Source of the DNA: an uncultured bacterium
Lineage (GTDB): Bacteria; Omnitrophota; Omnitrophia; Omnitrophales; Aquincolibacteriaceae
Length of the DNA stretch: 64,000 bases
Assembly: GCA_964434115.1 (NCBI GenBank)
Contig: CAYSSX010000007.1
Location: 82,734 to 146,733 of the forward strand
Reading direction: 5' to 3'
Positions 12,001-24,000 of this stretch are shown here, piece by piece. How positions within the stretch are numbered: position 1 is the stretch's first letter; every line of letters begins with the position of its first letter. Below the pieces are notes generated by a model. It had not been told where the DNA came from, made no database searches, and saw only the letters and a program-made list of their open reading frames with translations. The translations under genes and the position numbers were made by a program.

Positions 12001-15000
12001 TGAGGCGTATCAGGCGAATCTGACCGAAACCATGAATAACCTCCAGAGCCGCGTGAATGAAACCGAAACTGCGATTGCCGCTGCGGCGGCTCTGGGCTCC
12101 AAAGTCCGCGAAAGCGAGCGCCATTTTGCCCTCGTGAGCGCGATGGAAACTCCTCGCGCGGATTACCAGGGCGCGCTTGTGACACTCGCTCGTGACAGCC
12201 TGAACCGCCTTGACCAGCTTGGCGCTTATGAACGTATGCCCGCGCTGATCGCCGAGTTTGAGACGCTTCGCGCAGGCGCATCTATTTCGTCTCTGCAGGA
12301 GAACGGGGGAGAGTCCCTGAAGAAACTCAATCAGGGATTGAACACACTTCTCAACCGGCTTGAAAATGCGGCTCTGGAAGCGGCTTCCCCTGACGAAATG
12401 AAAAACCGCGCTGCTTTCTTTGAAGCTTCCCGCGGACTTGTCAGTGTATGGAATGTCGACGCCTCCCGCGCCGGCGCGGCCGAGCTGCTTCCGGAACTGA
12501 ATGCCGCCGCAAGCCGTATCAACACGCAGAAACAATTGAACGCCGCACAAGCCGGATCCGTGGCGGAAGGTGAAACCTGGTTTGCAGAAAAAGAGCAGGT
12601 CCTTGGGGAATTGGCGGCCTCCATGGACGCTCTTGAAACAGAACTACGCGCCGAGCAGGATGGCAATGCCGTCCGCGCCGGGGTCCAGACTTACGCGACC
12701 CTTTTTGATCAGCTTGCGGGACTTGTTAATGAAGCGATGAATAAATTGCTTGAAGGGGCGCGCAGCGAATCCATGGAGAAATCACTCGACCGGTTTGTCG
12801 TCTCTTATCATAAATACGGCCTCGCGCTTTCCGAAATGAACCGCCTCGCGGACCTCCGTGAGGGAGTGTCTGACAGCGGTACCGCGATGCTGGCGGAGAT
12901 CCGCAGCGCTGAAGCTAAGCTCCTTGCCGTAAGCGCGGATCTTGCCGCGCTGAATGACGCCTCGCTTGCAAGGGCGCTGCGCACCGGAGCGGAAAGTTTC
13001 CTGAATGAAGCCTCTGAAACGGTGGATGTCCTCGGAGAGCTGCGCACGGTCAACGGCGGAACGCCGGAAACCGAGCAGGCTTACCGCGATGCCAAAGCCG
13101 CCTTTGAAAGGGTCGCAAGCGCTTTTGACGCAGCGTCCAGAAAGGCCCTGCAAATTGAGTTCGCCTCCGGTGACCGCGTGCAGCCGGGCCGCGAGATGGA
13201 TAAACTTTATGAACAGATCCGCGAACTTCGCAACCGCATCTTTGAAGTCTCTTCCGGTTCTGAAGCGGCAATGAATCTTGAGATGCTCAAACAGCTAAAG
13301 ATTGATTTCTCCGCTTATATGGCGGCTTTGACCACGGCGGCGGAATCCCTGCCGTCCGACAAAGCCCTTGCTGAGCTCAAGACCCGCTATCAATCGCGCA
13401 GCGATGAACTTGAACTGGCGGTTACGGAATCTTCTGAAAAAGCTGCCAAGATCCAGCTGACGAGTAGCGTGGCCCGGATGAACAATCTCGGTGAGCTGTC
13501 TAAGACGTTTTTGGCCAACGCCCAGGGCGCGCTGGAAGACGGCCCCCGTCAGGCAGCACTCGACAGCATTCACTCACTTCGTGATGACGCGGAAGCCGCG
13601 CTGATGCAGGCCCGTCTCGCAGCGTCGGGGTATGAAGAGCAGCAGGATGTCAAAGCCTGGCTCAGTAATATTGGGGAAAAATTCAGCCAGATCCTCAGCG
13701 ATGTTAAAAAGGCCGACCTGTCCGCGGTGACGGGACGCCTTGACACAGGCGGAAACAAAGCGCTGGCGGATCTTTTGAACGACAATAAAGCGTTCCTCGG
13801 CAACCTGTCCGTCTTGAGCAGTGCGGAGAGCAATACGGCGAAGACGGAAGCCTTGGCGGAAATCGGTTCTGAGAACGCCGAGCTTTCTACGCAGGTGATT
13901 GAATCCATGCGCGCTTATCTGAAGAGCGGCAAATCCGGAATTACAGATATCGCCGAAATGGAGCGTGGTGAAGGCCTCTTTGATCTGATTCTGGCCAACC
14001 GTAAAATCCTTGAAGACCGCGCCCGCCAGACGGATGCGGATCAGACGGACGGCGTTTCTCTTAAAGACGAAATTCTGCATGACCGTGACATCCTGGAATA
14101 TGCCTTGAGCCTTGTTCAGCGGGTGATTGATGGTACCAGCGGCGGCGGTATGGGCGGTTATGGCGGTATGGGCGGTTACGGCGGCATGGGCGGCTACGGC
14201 GGCGAAGAGGGCGGCGAGTACCTTGGAAATCTGACCACCACGGATGCCCAGAGTATTCTGCAGTTCGCGGCGTATCTGAAAAACCGCGCGCAAGACCGGC
14301 TTATGGAATTAAACAACCTTCCGGATGCGAGTTCTCAAATCCGTTCCGATGCGGATCAGGCTGTGAACGCGATGATTCAGGCAGTCCAGGAGAAATTGAC
14401 CTTGGCCCAGCAGGCCTTCTGGATGGGGCAGCCGAGAAAAACTTATGAAGAAGCCAAAGACTTGAGCCGTGTCGTCCGGATTGAAGGGCGTGATTTTGAG
14501 AAAGCCTACGAAGAGCTTCCGGTCCAGACCATGAGGGACTTCGACATCCGGAATGATTTCTTCGCTATGGTGAAAGACCGGGTGTTTGATCTCTATTATG
14601 AAAACCAGAAGGCTTACCGTGAAGACCGCGCCCAGCAGGGCCTGCAGGACCACTTGACCGCGGCCTATGACGCGCTGACGAAGATTAATGATGCGTCGGC
14701 ATCTTTCGTCCGCATTGATGCCGCGAAAGAACTCGAAATAGCGTCTGCCGAATCCCTGAAAACGCAGACACGCGTCCAGACCCTTTTAGAGAAAGCTGCG
14801 GCCGCCAGTTACGGAGAACAATCCAAGCGGCTTGCCGAAGAGGCTAAACAGACGCAGGACCGATTTGAAAATCAGGTGGCCGGCCTCGGGTACCGTCTTG
14901 CTGACCAGAAAGCGGTGACGGCTGAAAACCAGATCGCGCTTGATCAGATTCAAAGCCGTATCCGTGCCGGAAACCGCACGGCCGAAGACGGCCTTGTCTC

Positions 15001-18000
15001 GGCCTATAAAGCGGAAGCTTGGGAAACCAAGGGCGCCTCGGCCGTTCTTCAAGCACAGGAACTTTTGGATTCAGCCAAACAGCGTAACGGCCTGCTTGCA
15101 GGCGTGAAGAGCTTTGACAGCACGGTCAACGTTGTGCGGGAAATCGAAATGGCGCAGCTTGCGGCCGCGAGCCTGGAGACACGTCTCCAGGAACTGAAAA
15201 ACCAGTATCCGGGAACCCCTGAGTATGCGTCCAATTTGGCCCGCCTGCAGGGAGTGTCTTCCGATATCGAACAGGAATTCCAGAAGGCTCTTGAAGTACT
15301 CGGTAAGAAGTATGAATCCCTGGACCGTAACGAAATCGCTTCCGCAGATCCCTATGTGCTCGCGGGCGTCCTGAAACGGACATCCTTGGACACGGAAGTT
15401 GAGACTGCCGGCTCCAAGCTGGGAATTCTGGCGGGTTTCCTTCAAGAAGGACAGGATATCCTCGGAGGTCTGCGTAACGAAGTTCTTGAAGAAAACCGTG
15501 CCGGTCTGCAGGCCGTGAGGACCAACGCCAGACTTGAAGAAATCCTTGCTTCGGCAGGCGATAATGCCCGTATGAGTGAGTTTCTTGCCCTCGAACTTCT
15601 CCGTGCGACTGAGCCTTCGGCGGACAATGGTGCCGGTTATAAGAGCGTGGCCCAGGGTATTTATCAGCACATCCTGGATAACACCGAACAGATCAACGGC
15701 GAGACGAGTTCAAGTCCAATGAAGCCGGTGCTTGCTGATTCCGTCAGCTACATGAATCAGATTGAACCGCTCATTACAGCGCTCCGTCAGGCTTCCTTGA
15801 GGGACCCGAAGAACGGCGAATTACTTCAGAATGTCATTGCCGCGGCCAGCCTCCTGGAACAGGCGAAGGCTGAAATTAAGATCCAGGACAAGAAAATCCG
15901 TGACAAGGAAGCCCTTGAAACCCAGGGGGCCAGTCTCTACAACCGGATCAATGATTTCAAAACCAAGTCCCAGAAGGCCAAAGATTTTGCCGATGAGTTC
16001 CAGATGGCGGCCAATGTTAAGTCCCAATGGGACCGTATTGCCGATTGGTACACTCAGGCCGATACGATCAACCAGGAACTGGCCCAGATGGCGGCCCTTG
16101 GAAACCCGCAGGTTCAGGCTAATGCGGCGCTCGGCCAAGCCGCCTTCAATGACATTCTGAACATGAAAAACGAAATGGAAACCCTTTACAGCAACCTTCT
16201 GGACGGTGAGACCCGTTCAAAAGGTTATCTTGAAGCCCTTAAAAGCGCCTATACCAATCTTCAAGGTCTGCAGCGATCCATTTTCTCGGCTTCCAGTGCT
16301 TCCCAGGCCCTTGAGATGATGAAAGACGTCCAGACCGCGGTCGATGTGATTACCGGGAAATGGGACCAAATGAACATTATTCACAGCACTTTCCCGAAGG
16401 ACTCTATTGTGACTAGTCTTTTGGTCGAAGCCAGCCGCTTGAAGGGGATTGCGCTGGATATTCGCAAGAACGTTCAGGACGGAATCGATAAGGTTAAGTC
16501 GGTTGAGACCGCGATTGCAGAAGATTATCTTCAGGTCGCATCGCTTCTGAATATTATTCGCGCCGGCCACAACCAGTCTTCCGTAGAGAAAATGTATTCG
16601 GCCGTGGCCGCCATCCTCGCTAATGCCCAGAACCTCTTCACTTCGATGAAGACGAAGGTCCAGGCGATGGCCAAGGATGCCGCTGATTACCTCTTCAACC
16701 TGGTGATGCGTAACTATGTCGCGAGGGGAAATCTGGCGATCCGTCAGGCCAGTGAGCTCCTGGCCGAAATAGCCTCGCGCGCGAAAATGACCTCTTTCTA
16801 CGGAAGCATGAACCCATACCTTCAGCGTCGCGCGGACATCAACCTGGATGACCGGGTCAACGCCAAGGATGTTTTCGATCTCAGCATGGCCGCGAAGTTC
16901 ATGATCGACATCAATAATGACGGCAAGAGAGACATGCTTGACAAAGCCATTTGGCAGCACCTGCTTCCGGTTGTTGCCACGATGAACCTCGTGGGTGGAA
17001 ACGTTGCCATGAAGGGCGATGTCAACGCTGACGGCCTTCTCACGGATCGTGATGTGGGACTCTACCGTGAATATATGAAAAACCTTGTGGATGTGGATGG
17101 CAACGGTGTCGTGAATGCGGCCGACGTTGCGGCGATTAACGGTTTTGTTTTGGGCATTCCGAGGAGCTTCGGGACCCCCGATACCGTGACGGTCTACCGG
17201 TATTACGGAGAAGACGAACGTTCAGCCGCGGAATTTATCGGCGAGCGCGACCGGCTTTATGCTAATGACATTTTTGACCTTATTGACAATCTGAAAGACG
17301 AGGTTATTGAAGTGCTTGATCCGGCGTCCTTCCCGCATCAGCTCGGAATGACCGCGATCCGCCTTACGGGCCTCGAACGGGAAGTCCTTGACTCCGATAA
17401 TCTTGAAGCGACCCGGGCCATGTGGGAACGCGCCCAGCTTCTTTATAAAGATGCCCTGGATGGGCGCGATGTACTGACTGTGACCAATGTGCCGATTCCC
17501 GGAATCACGGTTGGGGCTGACGGGACGGATGATTCACCCGCGGACATTCTTGCCCTTCTTATTGATTGGCGCCGCCGGGTTGCGAATCAAGAGGGGATTG
17601 TCGATGTTCAGAAAGCTTCCCAGCTGGCGGCTTCAAACCGGGTGATTCAAGTTTCCCAGGAACTGACCACTCTTCTTAACGAAGTCGACAGCGGGCTCCG
17701 CAATCCCAGTGACCCCTTGATTGCGATCAAGCAGTTGGAATTGGCCGCGGCCCAGACCAATTACGGAAATCAGACCAATATTCTGAATCGCGAGGTTGCG
17801 ATTCTTCGCAGCTTTAAACGCGATGTGATCGAACTTGAGCAGCTCTTTGCCACGGCCCAGGAAGACCTCATGGCCGTCAAGAACTCGATGAGGCGCATCA
17901 ATGAACACATGGAAGCTCTTGCTATGAAAAACCCCGGCGGTGCCTTTGCTTCCCTGATCCGCTACCTTGGTGATGCAGCTTGGGAAGGGAAGCAGGATAC

Positions 18001-21000
18001 TACGGTAACGCCTGTCAACCCGCTGCTTTCAGCTGACCTCACAGCCGCCCAGCAGTTTGAATGGAAACTGGCTTACGACATGGGCAATACACTCATGGAT
18101 CTTTACGGCGGTGCTGCGGGGCGCAACAATGTATGGAATGCTGGTGCTGCCGGAGCGCCTGTTGCCGGCACAGACGATTTTAACCCTCTGCAGGGGATCG
18201 ATACGGCCAATGGCAACCTGCAGGAATTCCGCAATAACATTTTGCGGATTTGGGATCAAGCGTTGGGCACCGGGGAGTTTGTGAATTACCTGGGTGCGCT
18301 TGATCTGACGTCTCTCGACGAAACCTCACCCAGCTTCTTGACAGACCTTGCCCAAATGCTCAAGGACATCCGTTTTGAATACAATAAATCTCTCAAAGGC
18401 GGCGGAGAGTACAGAAGTCTTTCCGATTTCCTGAACGGAACTCCCAAGTTCTTCTCGGAAGCCCGGATGATTATTGAAGGCGTCAAGATTTATTACCTCA
18501 AAATCAAACAGCGCTTCACGCTCCTGAATGAAACCAAGAAAGCGTTCAGCACAAGACAGGGCGATTTCTCCGCGCTGGCGGTCAAGGAACTCGGCCTTGT
18601 GATCGGCGTGGATATTATTGACCGCAACGGCGACGGTTTCTTGACGTTTAATGAACTGAATCAGTCATGGACTGAGGCGTCGGCCGAACTTCAGGAATTT
18701 GAGAAAGCGGGAACTGGACTCTTGGCCCTTATTCAGGATCCTAACAAGGGCCTTGAGCAGATGCTGAATAAAATGGAACTCTGGTACGGCCAGATGAAGC
18801 CGCAGGACCTGATGGAATATCTGCGTAAAGGCTTTGTCCAGCTCGAAGAAAGAATCCGCAAGGCGCCTTCGGCTGCGGCGGCTCTTGGTGAATACCAGCA
18901 GGCGACCCTGCGGCTCGTCGAGCTTTATGAGCTTGGTCATAAAGATGGAGCTGGAAATGCTAACAATGCTCTGGATGGATTCGGGAACCTGATTAGTGAT
19001 GAGGCCGTGCGCAAGGCTCTTTCCATGGACGCTTTCCTTCAGGCTGACGACATTATTGCGGATTCTTTTGCCAACATCACCAGCGCCAGCCAGCTTGAAA
19101 ACCTTTTGATCAACGCGAACATCACGAACGGCGGCGATCCAACGGACAAATATGCGGATCAAATGTTTGCGTTTACGGCGGAACCCAGCACGGTGACCAC
19201 GGAAGCCGCCCCTGGCAATTGTGCGGCAGCACCGAATGACCCGACCAAGTGCCGCAAGTTTGATGTGCCGGTCCGTCTGCGCTGGGACTTCAAAGATCCG
19301 GGCGGCGATCCCAATTTCCTTGGCGTGGTCTACGGCGTCATTGCAGGCGACCAGACCAAAAAGCCGCCGGTGCTGGACGGCTCCTATACGTTCGTTCATT
19401 TATACGATGTCATCCGCAACCCCGCGGACGGCACTGAGTCCCTGCAGGAAGTTTTTGCCGCAGGCGCCGTGCCGACGCAATTTAATTCTGTTTTTGATCC
19501 GGTCACCCATGACCAGAGAGTCACGCTTACAAGCCGCGGCCTGAAGAAAACCTTCCTCATCCAGGAGGGCCTGGTCGGACAAGTGCTCCAGGTCAATGAA
19601 GACGCGAAGCTTTATGCGAGCAAAGCGCAGACCTACTATGATCAGTTTATGGACGGCGGCACCAATGGTGTCGGCGTTCCGGCCCGAGGCAGCTACCGCG
19701 ACTTCTATCAAAACAACGACCTCGTCCGGGCCTATGAAAACAAAATGACCACGGAAAGACTTCTGTATGAGCAGGTGAAGATGGAAGAAGTTGTGGTGGA
19801 TACAGCGATGAAGGCGCGCGCCGTGGCGGTGAAGAACGAAATGTCTTTGATCATGAATGGTCCCGGCGGAGCGGCGCTTCTGGATGACGGAACGCTGGCC
19901 CTGGCCGGCATTATGTCGATTGACCTGAGTGTGATCAACACCCGGCTTGATGCCGCGGCGGTTGCGCAATCGGCCCTGAAGAACCGCATGGATGAAATCA
20001 AGCGCCTGCAGAGCTATGCGACGGACGGTTCCAAGCAGGAGATTGAAGTGGCTTTTGATGCGGCGACGATATTCATGAGCCAGATGGATGAAGTGATCAA
20101 CAACCTTTGGTTCTCACAGCAATTCAAAATTCTTCAGGCTGAAGCGCAGACTGTGATGGACAACGGAGTCCGCGTGATTCTGAACCAGGCAACCGTGACG
20201 CTTCAGAGTTCCAATCTCGGGACCATGTCAGAAGCTGCAGCGGTCGCGCTTTATAATCAGCTCGTGACCCTCCGCGGCCAGATGGAAGACAAACTTCTGA
20301 AGTACGAAAGACTTTTTGCCCAGGCCCCCGTGCCTGTCAAAGAATGGCTGAAGACCCTTTATCAGACTGCGAACCTGCGCTCTGAATTTGACGCATTGCT
20401 CGGCCCTGTCAGTGAAGCCATCGGTCTGAAACAGGGATTGCAGAAAAAAGCCGAACTTCAGGCCGGGACCCTCACGCAGGAACAGATGAACACCGCGATG
20501 CGTGCCCGGATCGATGCGTTGACCCAGCTTTATAAGTCACGTGTTCAGGATCTCCAGGCCGCCGAAGCCAATGCCTTCACACAGGTGCAGGTCAGTGACC
20601 TTCTTTTTAACGCGAACGGGTTTATTGCCTCTTACCTTAACGCCACTGCCGCGGTCAGCGAAATGATGCAGGCTTTGCAGTGGTCGGATGATGGCGCGTT
20701 CCAGAATGACGTGCGTCTTGCCATGACGGCCCTGTCTTATTACCGGGATCTTTTGGGCCGTGATATTCAACCGCTGAACCGCAAGCTTGCAGGCCTTGAA
20801 GCCAAGAACGCGGTCGCTTTGCCGAACACGGCGCTTGTCCAGGCCCGCAAAGCCAATGCTGATGCGATCATGAATGCCCTACCGCCCTTGCCAGACTTGA
20901 ATGACCTGGCTTCCGTGGCGGCTGTCTCCGTCGTCCTCCGTGCGGGTATTACCCAGATGTACAACGAGCTTGCAGCTGCGGAGCGCATTGCCCGTGTGAC

Positions 21001-24000
21001 CCAGGCCCTCCAGGAAGCGATGGGTTCCGAAGGCTTCACGTATATCTTTGATCACCTTAAGGAACAGCAGATCCTGATCCTTGAAATTACGCGAGGCATT
21101 AAGCTCGCGTCCGAGCGTCTGGCGACGCTGGAAAAGACCAGCTTCCAATTCTCTCTTAACGGGCTTCTTGCCAGCTGGCAAGTGGCACAGGCGGAAACGG
21201 AAAGAGCGCGCAAAGACGTGAGTAACAACCCGGTTCTTCACTGGTATGACATGACTTACCAGCATGCCAAAGATATGTTGGAAAAAACGAAGGATGTGAA
21301 GCAGTCCGGAGAGCTTGCGGTCAACGAACTCGAAGCGGCTTTAAAAGACCTTAAAGGCATTTCCCTTGAGTTTTTCAACATGGAGAAAATGGCCAAGGAT
21401 CAAAGCGAGGCGATCAAAGTCAATGCCGGTATTCTGAATAGCTTCCTGTCGGATCTGGGCTCCTTCAAGCTTTTCGATAAGATGCTGGTGGATTCCGAAA
21501 ACAAAACGCTTTCTTATAATGACCTCAAGTCTTCCACGGAAATATTCATGAAAGAATTGAACCGTCTCGTGGGCGGACTCCAGGGCGGAGGCAAGGGGAT
21601 TTCGGACTTTTACCGCGACCTCCGCGCCCTAGTCCAGTCCTATGATGATAATCAAGAGCTTCAGCGCCTGCTGGCAAGTATCGAACCGACCGCGCTTGAC
21701 GCTATGGCGATTCAAAAGGTTCTCGGGGACCTCGGCGCTATCATGACTTTCTACGCCCAGTCACTCCAGTATCGGGACAATGCCATGGCGGCGGTTGAAG
21801 CCCAGAAATCCATGGTTACGCTTTTCGAATCCGAGACTGATCCGGGCGCGCGCGCCGCGATCTTTGAACTTTACCGCGAGGCGGACAACAAACGCCAGGA
21901 AGCGATGAACCAGTCCATGGCCGCGGCACGCCAAATCCTCGCGCAGATCGGCCACCTTCGTGAATACATCACGAATTCCGATCCCTTTATTCAGAAAAAT
22001 TATCCGACGGTCATTTCCTTTGACAAACAGATGATCGTGGATCTTGTTGAAAAAATTATCGGCAGCGCGAGCCTTCTGACGCTTGCCAACGGCACTGGGG
22101 TGGAATCGCCTCTCGGTTCGATTGCGGAAGCCGAACACCGCGCCGATCAATTGACGCGGCTTCGTGCGGACGGGGGCCTTGCCAAGGATCTTACGCCGCA
22201 AGTTTCCGAAAACGGCGAAGAAGACGGCTTCTCATTTAAATTCACTGACAGCGTTGGGGTGAAAGATCTCCGTAATAATACGGTTTACCTCTGGAAGCCG
22301 GGGACCGGAACCGAAAACTGGTACGATCTTTCTGCCGGCAGCATTCAGGATGCGGCGGTCGGAATTCCCGCCGGCGGCGGCACGGATCCGCTGAACACGC
22401 CGGCCAACTTTGAACCGGGTAAATCCTATGTGATCATCCGCAACATCAAGCACCCGACAGACTTCGTGGTGCCTGAACCGCCTGCGGGCCCTCCGGTCCA
22501 TGAAAACAATGAATTCCTGTACCGCCTTGTGACCTTCCTCCGGGAACCGAAAGATGACCAGCCGGGCGAAATCGTGACCTATGTTCAGGTGCTGGAACGC
22601 CGCATTCTGGGAACGGCCCCGAATGATTATGTGGCATGGAACTGGGTGACTTTCGGCGGCGAGAAAAAATCCACCATTCCAAGCTACAAGCCCATGGTCG
22701 TCGTGAACTCGAACTTTGAACCCTGGACAGGCCGGGTTGTCCTGGAAAGCCGCGATGAGACCGGCGCGCCGGTGGTTTCCGTGGACGGTAAATCCTATAA
22801 AATCACGGGAAGTTCCACAGCGAACGGTGTCCGCACTTACACGGTCCAGATCCCGCCGAGCAGCACGGTTCCTCCCGCAAGCCTTGGAACCTTGACTCTG
22901 GATGTGACCAGCGCCCCGTTTGACGGACAGTTCACCGGGGATGTATCAACCCTTTACAGCGCCAAGCTTCGTCAGGACCAGATTGCAAAAGCACTCTTTG
23001 GTTTGGGGACCGCAACGTATGACGTGGATCCGACAAGCATACTCGGATTGAGAGGCGATACCTTCCGCCGCTCCGGCATGGTGGAAAATGCCGAGTCCAT
23101 TTCCTTCGTTCTGGATACCAACAATCCGAATTACGCCAACAAGGAAGTGGAAATTCAGGAAGGCCAGCCTGCGGCGGGCGGAGCGGCTGCCGTGCCCGAA
23201 AAATTCCGCATGCAGGGTGACGCGAATTGGACATCGGTCGGCGCGGATGCGGTCAAAACCGCTTATGGTTACATGATCAAGCAGACGATGGATCTGAAAG
23301 TCGTGGATGGACAGCTGAAGGTAGACGACTCATCGGATGATCAAATTGAAGGCAAGGTCGTGACCGAATATAAAGAAGGCGCCGTTGTGACGCGCATTTT
23401 TGTCCCGGGACGCGGCAACTTTGATGTCGCCGATGGCGTTCCTTTTGACGCTGCCAAACATCAGGCCGTTAAGATTGGTCCGAACAAGTATGTGATTTAC
23501 TACCGTATTGATCTGGGTGAGAGACTTGCCGACAAAGACGGCGATGGATTCATTTCCATGGATGTGGACCCTGACCTGATGTTCTGGCAGGACGGTCAGC
23601 TCGTGGACATTAAAAAGACCGATCTTGCAAACGGCGGAAAAGATAAATGGTATCACTTCGGCATTCAGGTGAAACCCGATGCCGATATCCTGAGCGCGGA
23701 CCGCGAGAAATACGCATTCACAGCGACCCGTGACCAGCTGGATGTTTCAAAACTTTTCTATCAGGGTGTCATCGATGCCCAGGATCCCCGGCTCTTCCAC
23801 AAGCAGATCGGCAAGTCCGGAGCGCCGCTCACGGCAAGCGATTCGATTGCGGTCGGTGATACGCTTGAAGTCCGGGACTTTGATTTTGAAGGCAGCTGGA
23901 GCCAGCCCGCGAAGTATAAAGTGATGAGTGCCGTGGCTATGCAGGTCCAGCTCGCCGGAGGGATCTGGGTCAAGCTCCGCAAAGGCCCCTCAGGCTGGGT

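Larger units (their letters stand above)
8900..22150 (+). other. Very long alpha-helical, Ala/Leu/Glu/Gln/Lys-rich region (~4,400 aa). Likely an extended helical / coiled-coil-like stalk with a few small inserts.
   Basis: Almost no Pro/Gly-rich beta motifs. Continuous helix-favouring composition, for example 'LEAQIIAALKLLDETVSRAAEAVNAEDLANLAKV', 'ETEFARITKALDAVTRQIED'-type segments, recurring 'A-x-x-A-L-x-x-L' rhythm. Cys essentially absent except at 19215-19262. Confidence 0.6.

Noticed and set aside
8900-22150. Possibility that the long A/L/E/Q-rich stretch is out-of-frame junk or a frameshifted region
   Set aside because: The frame is continuous with the flanking, clearly structured dockerin and beta modules. 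It contains embedded canonical Ca-loops (16831-17155) in the same frame. The other two + frames are either stop-dense or give only short ORFs.
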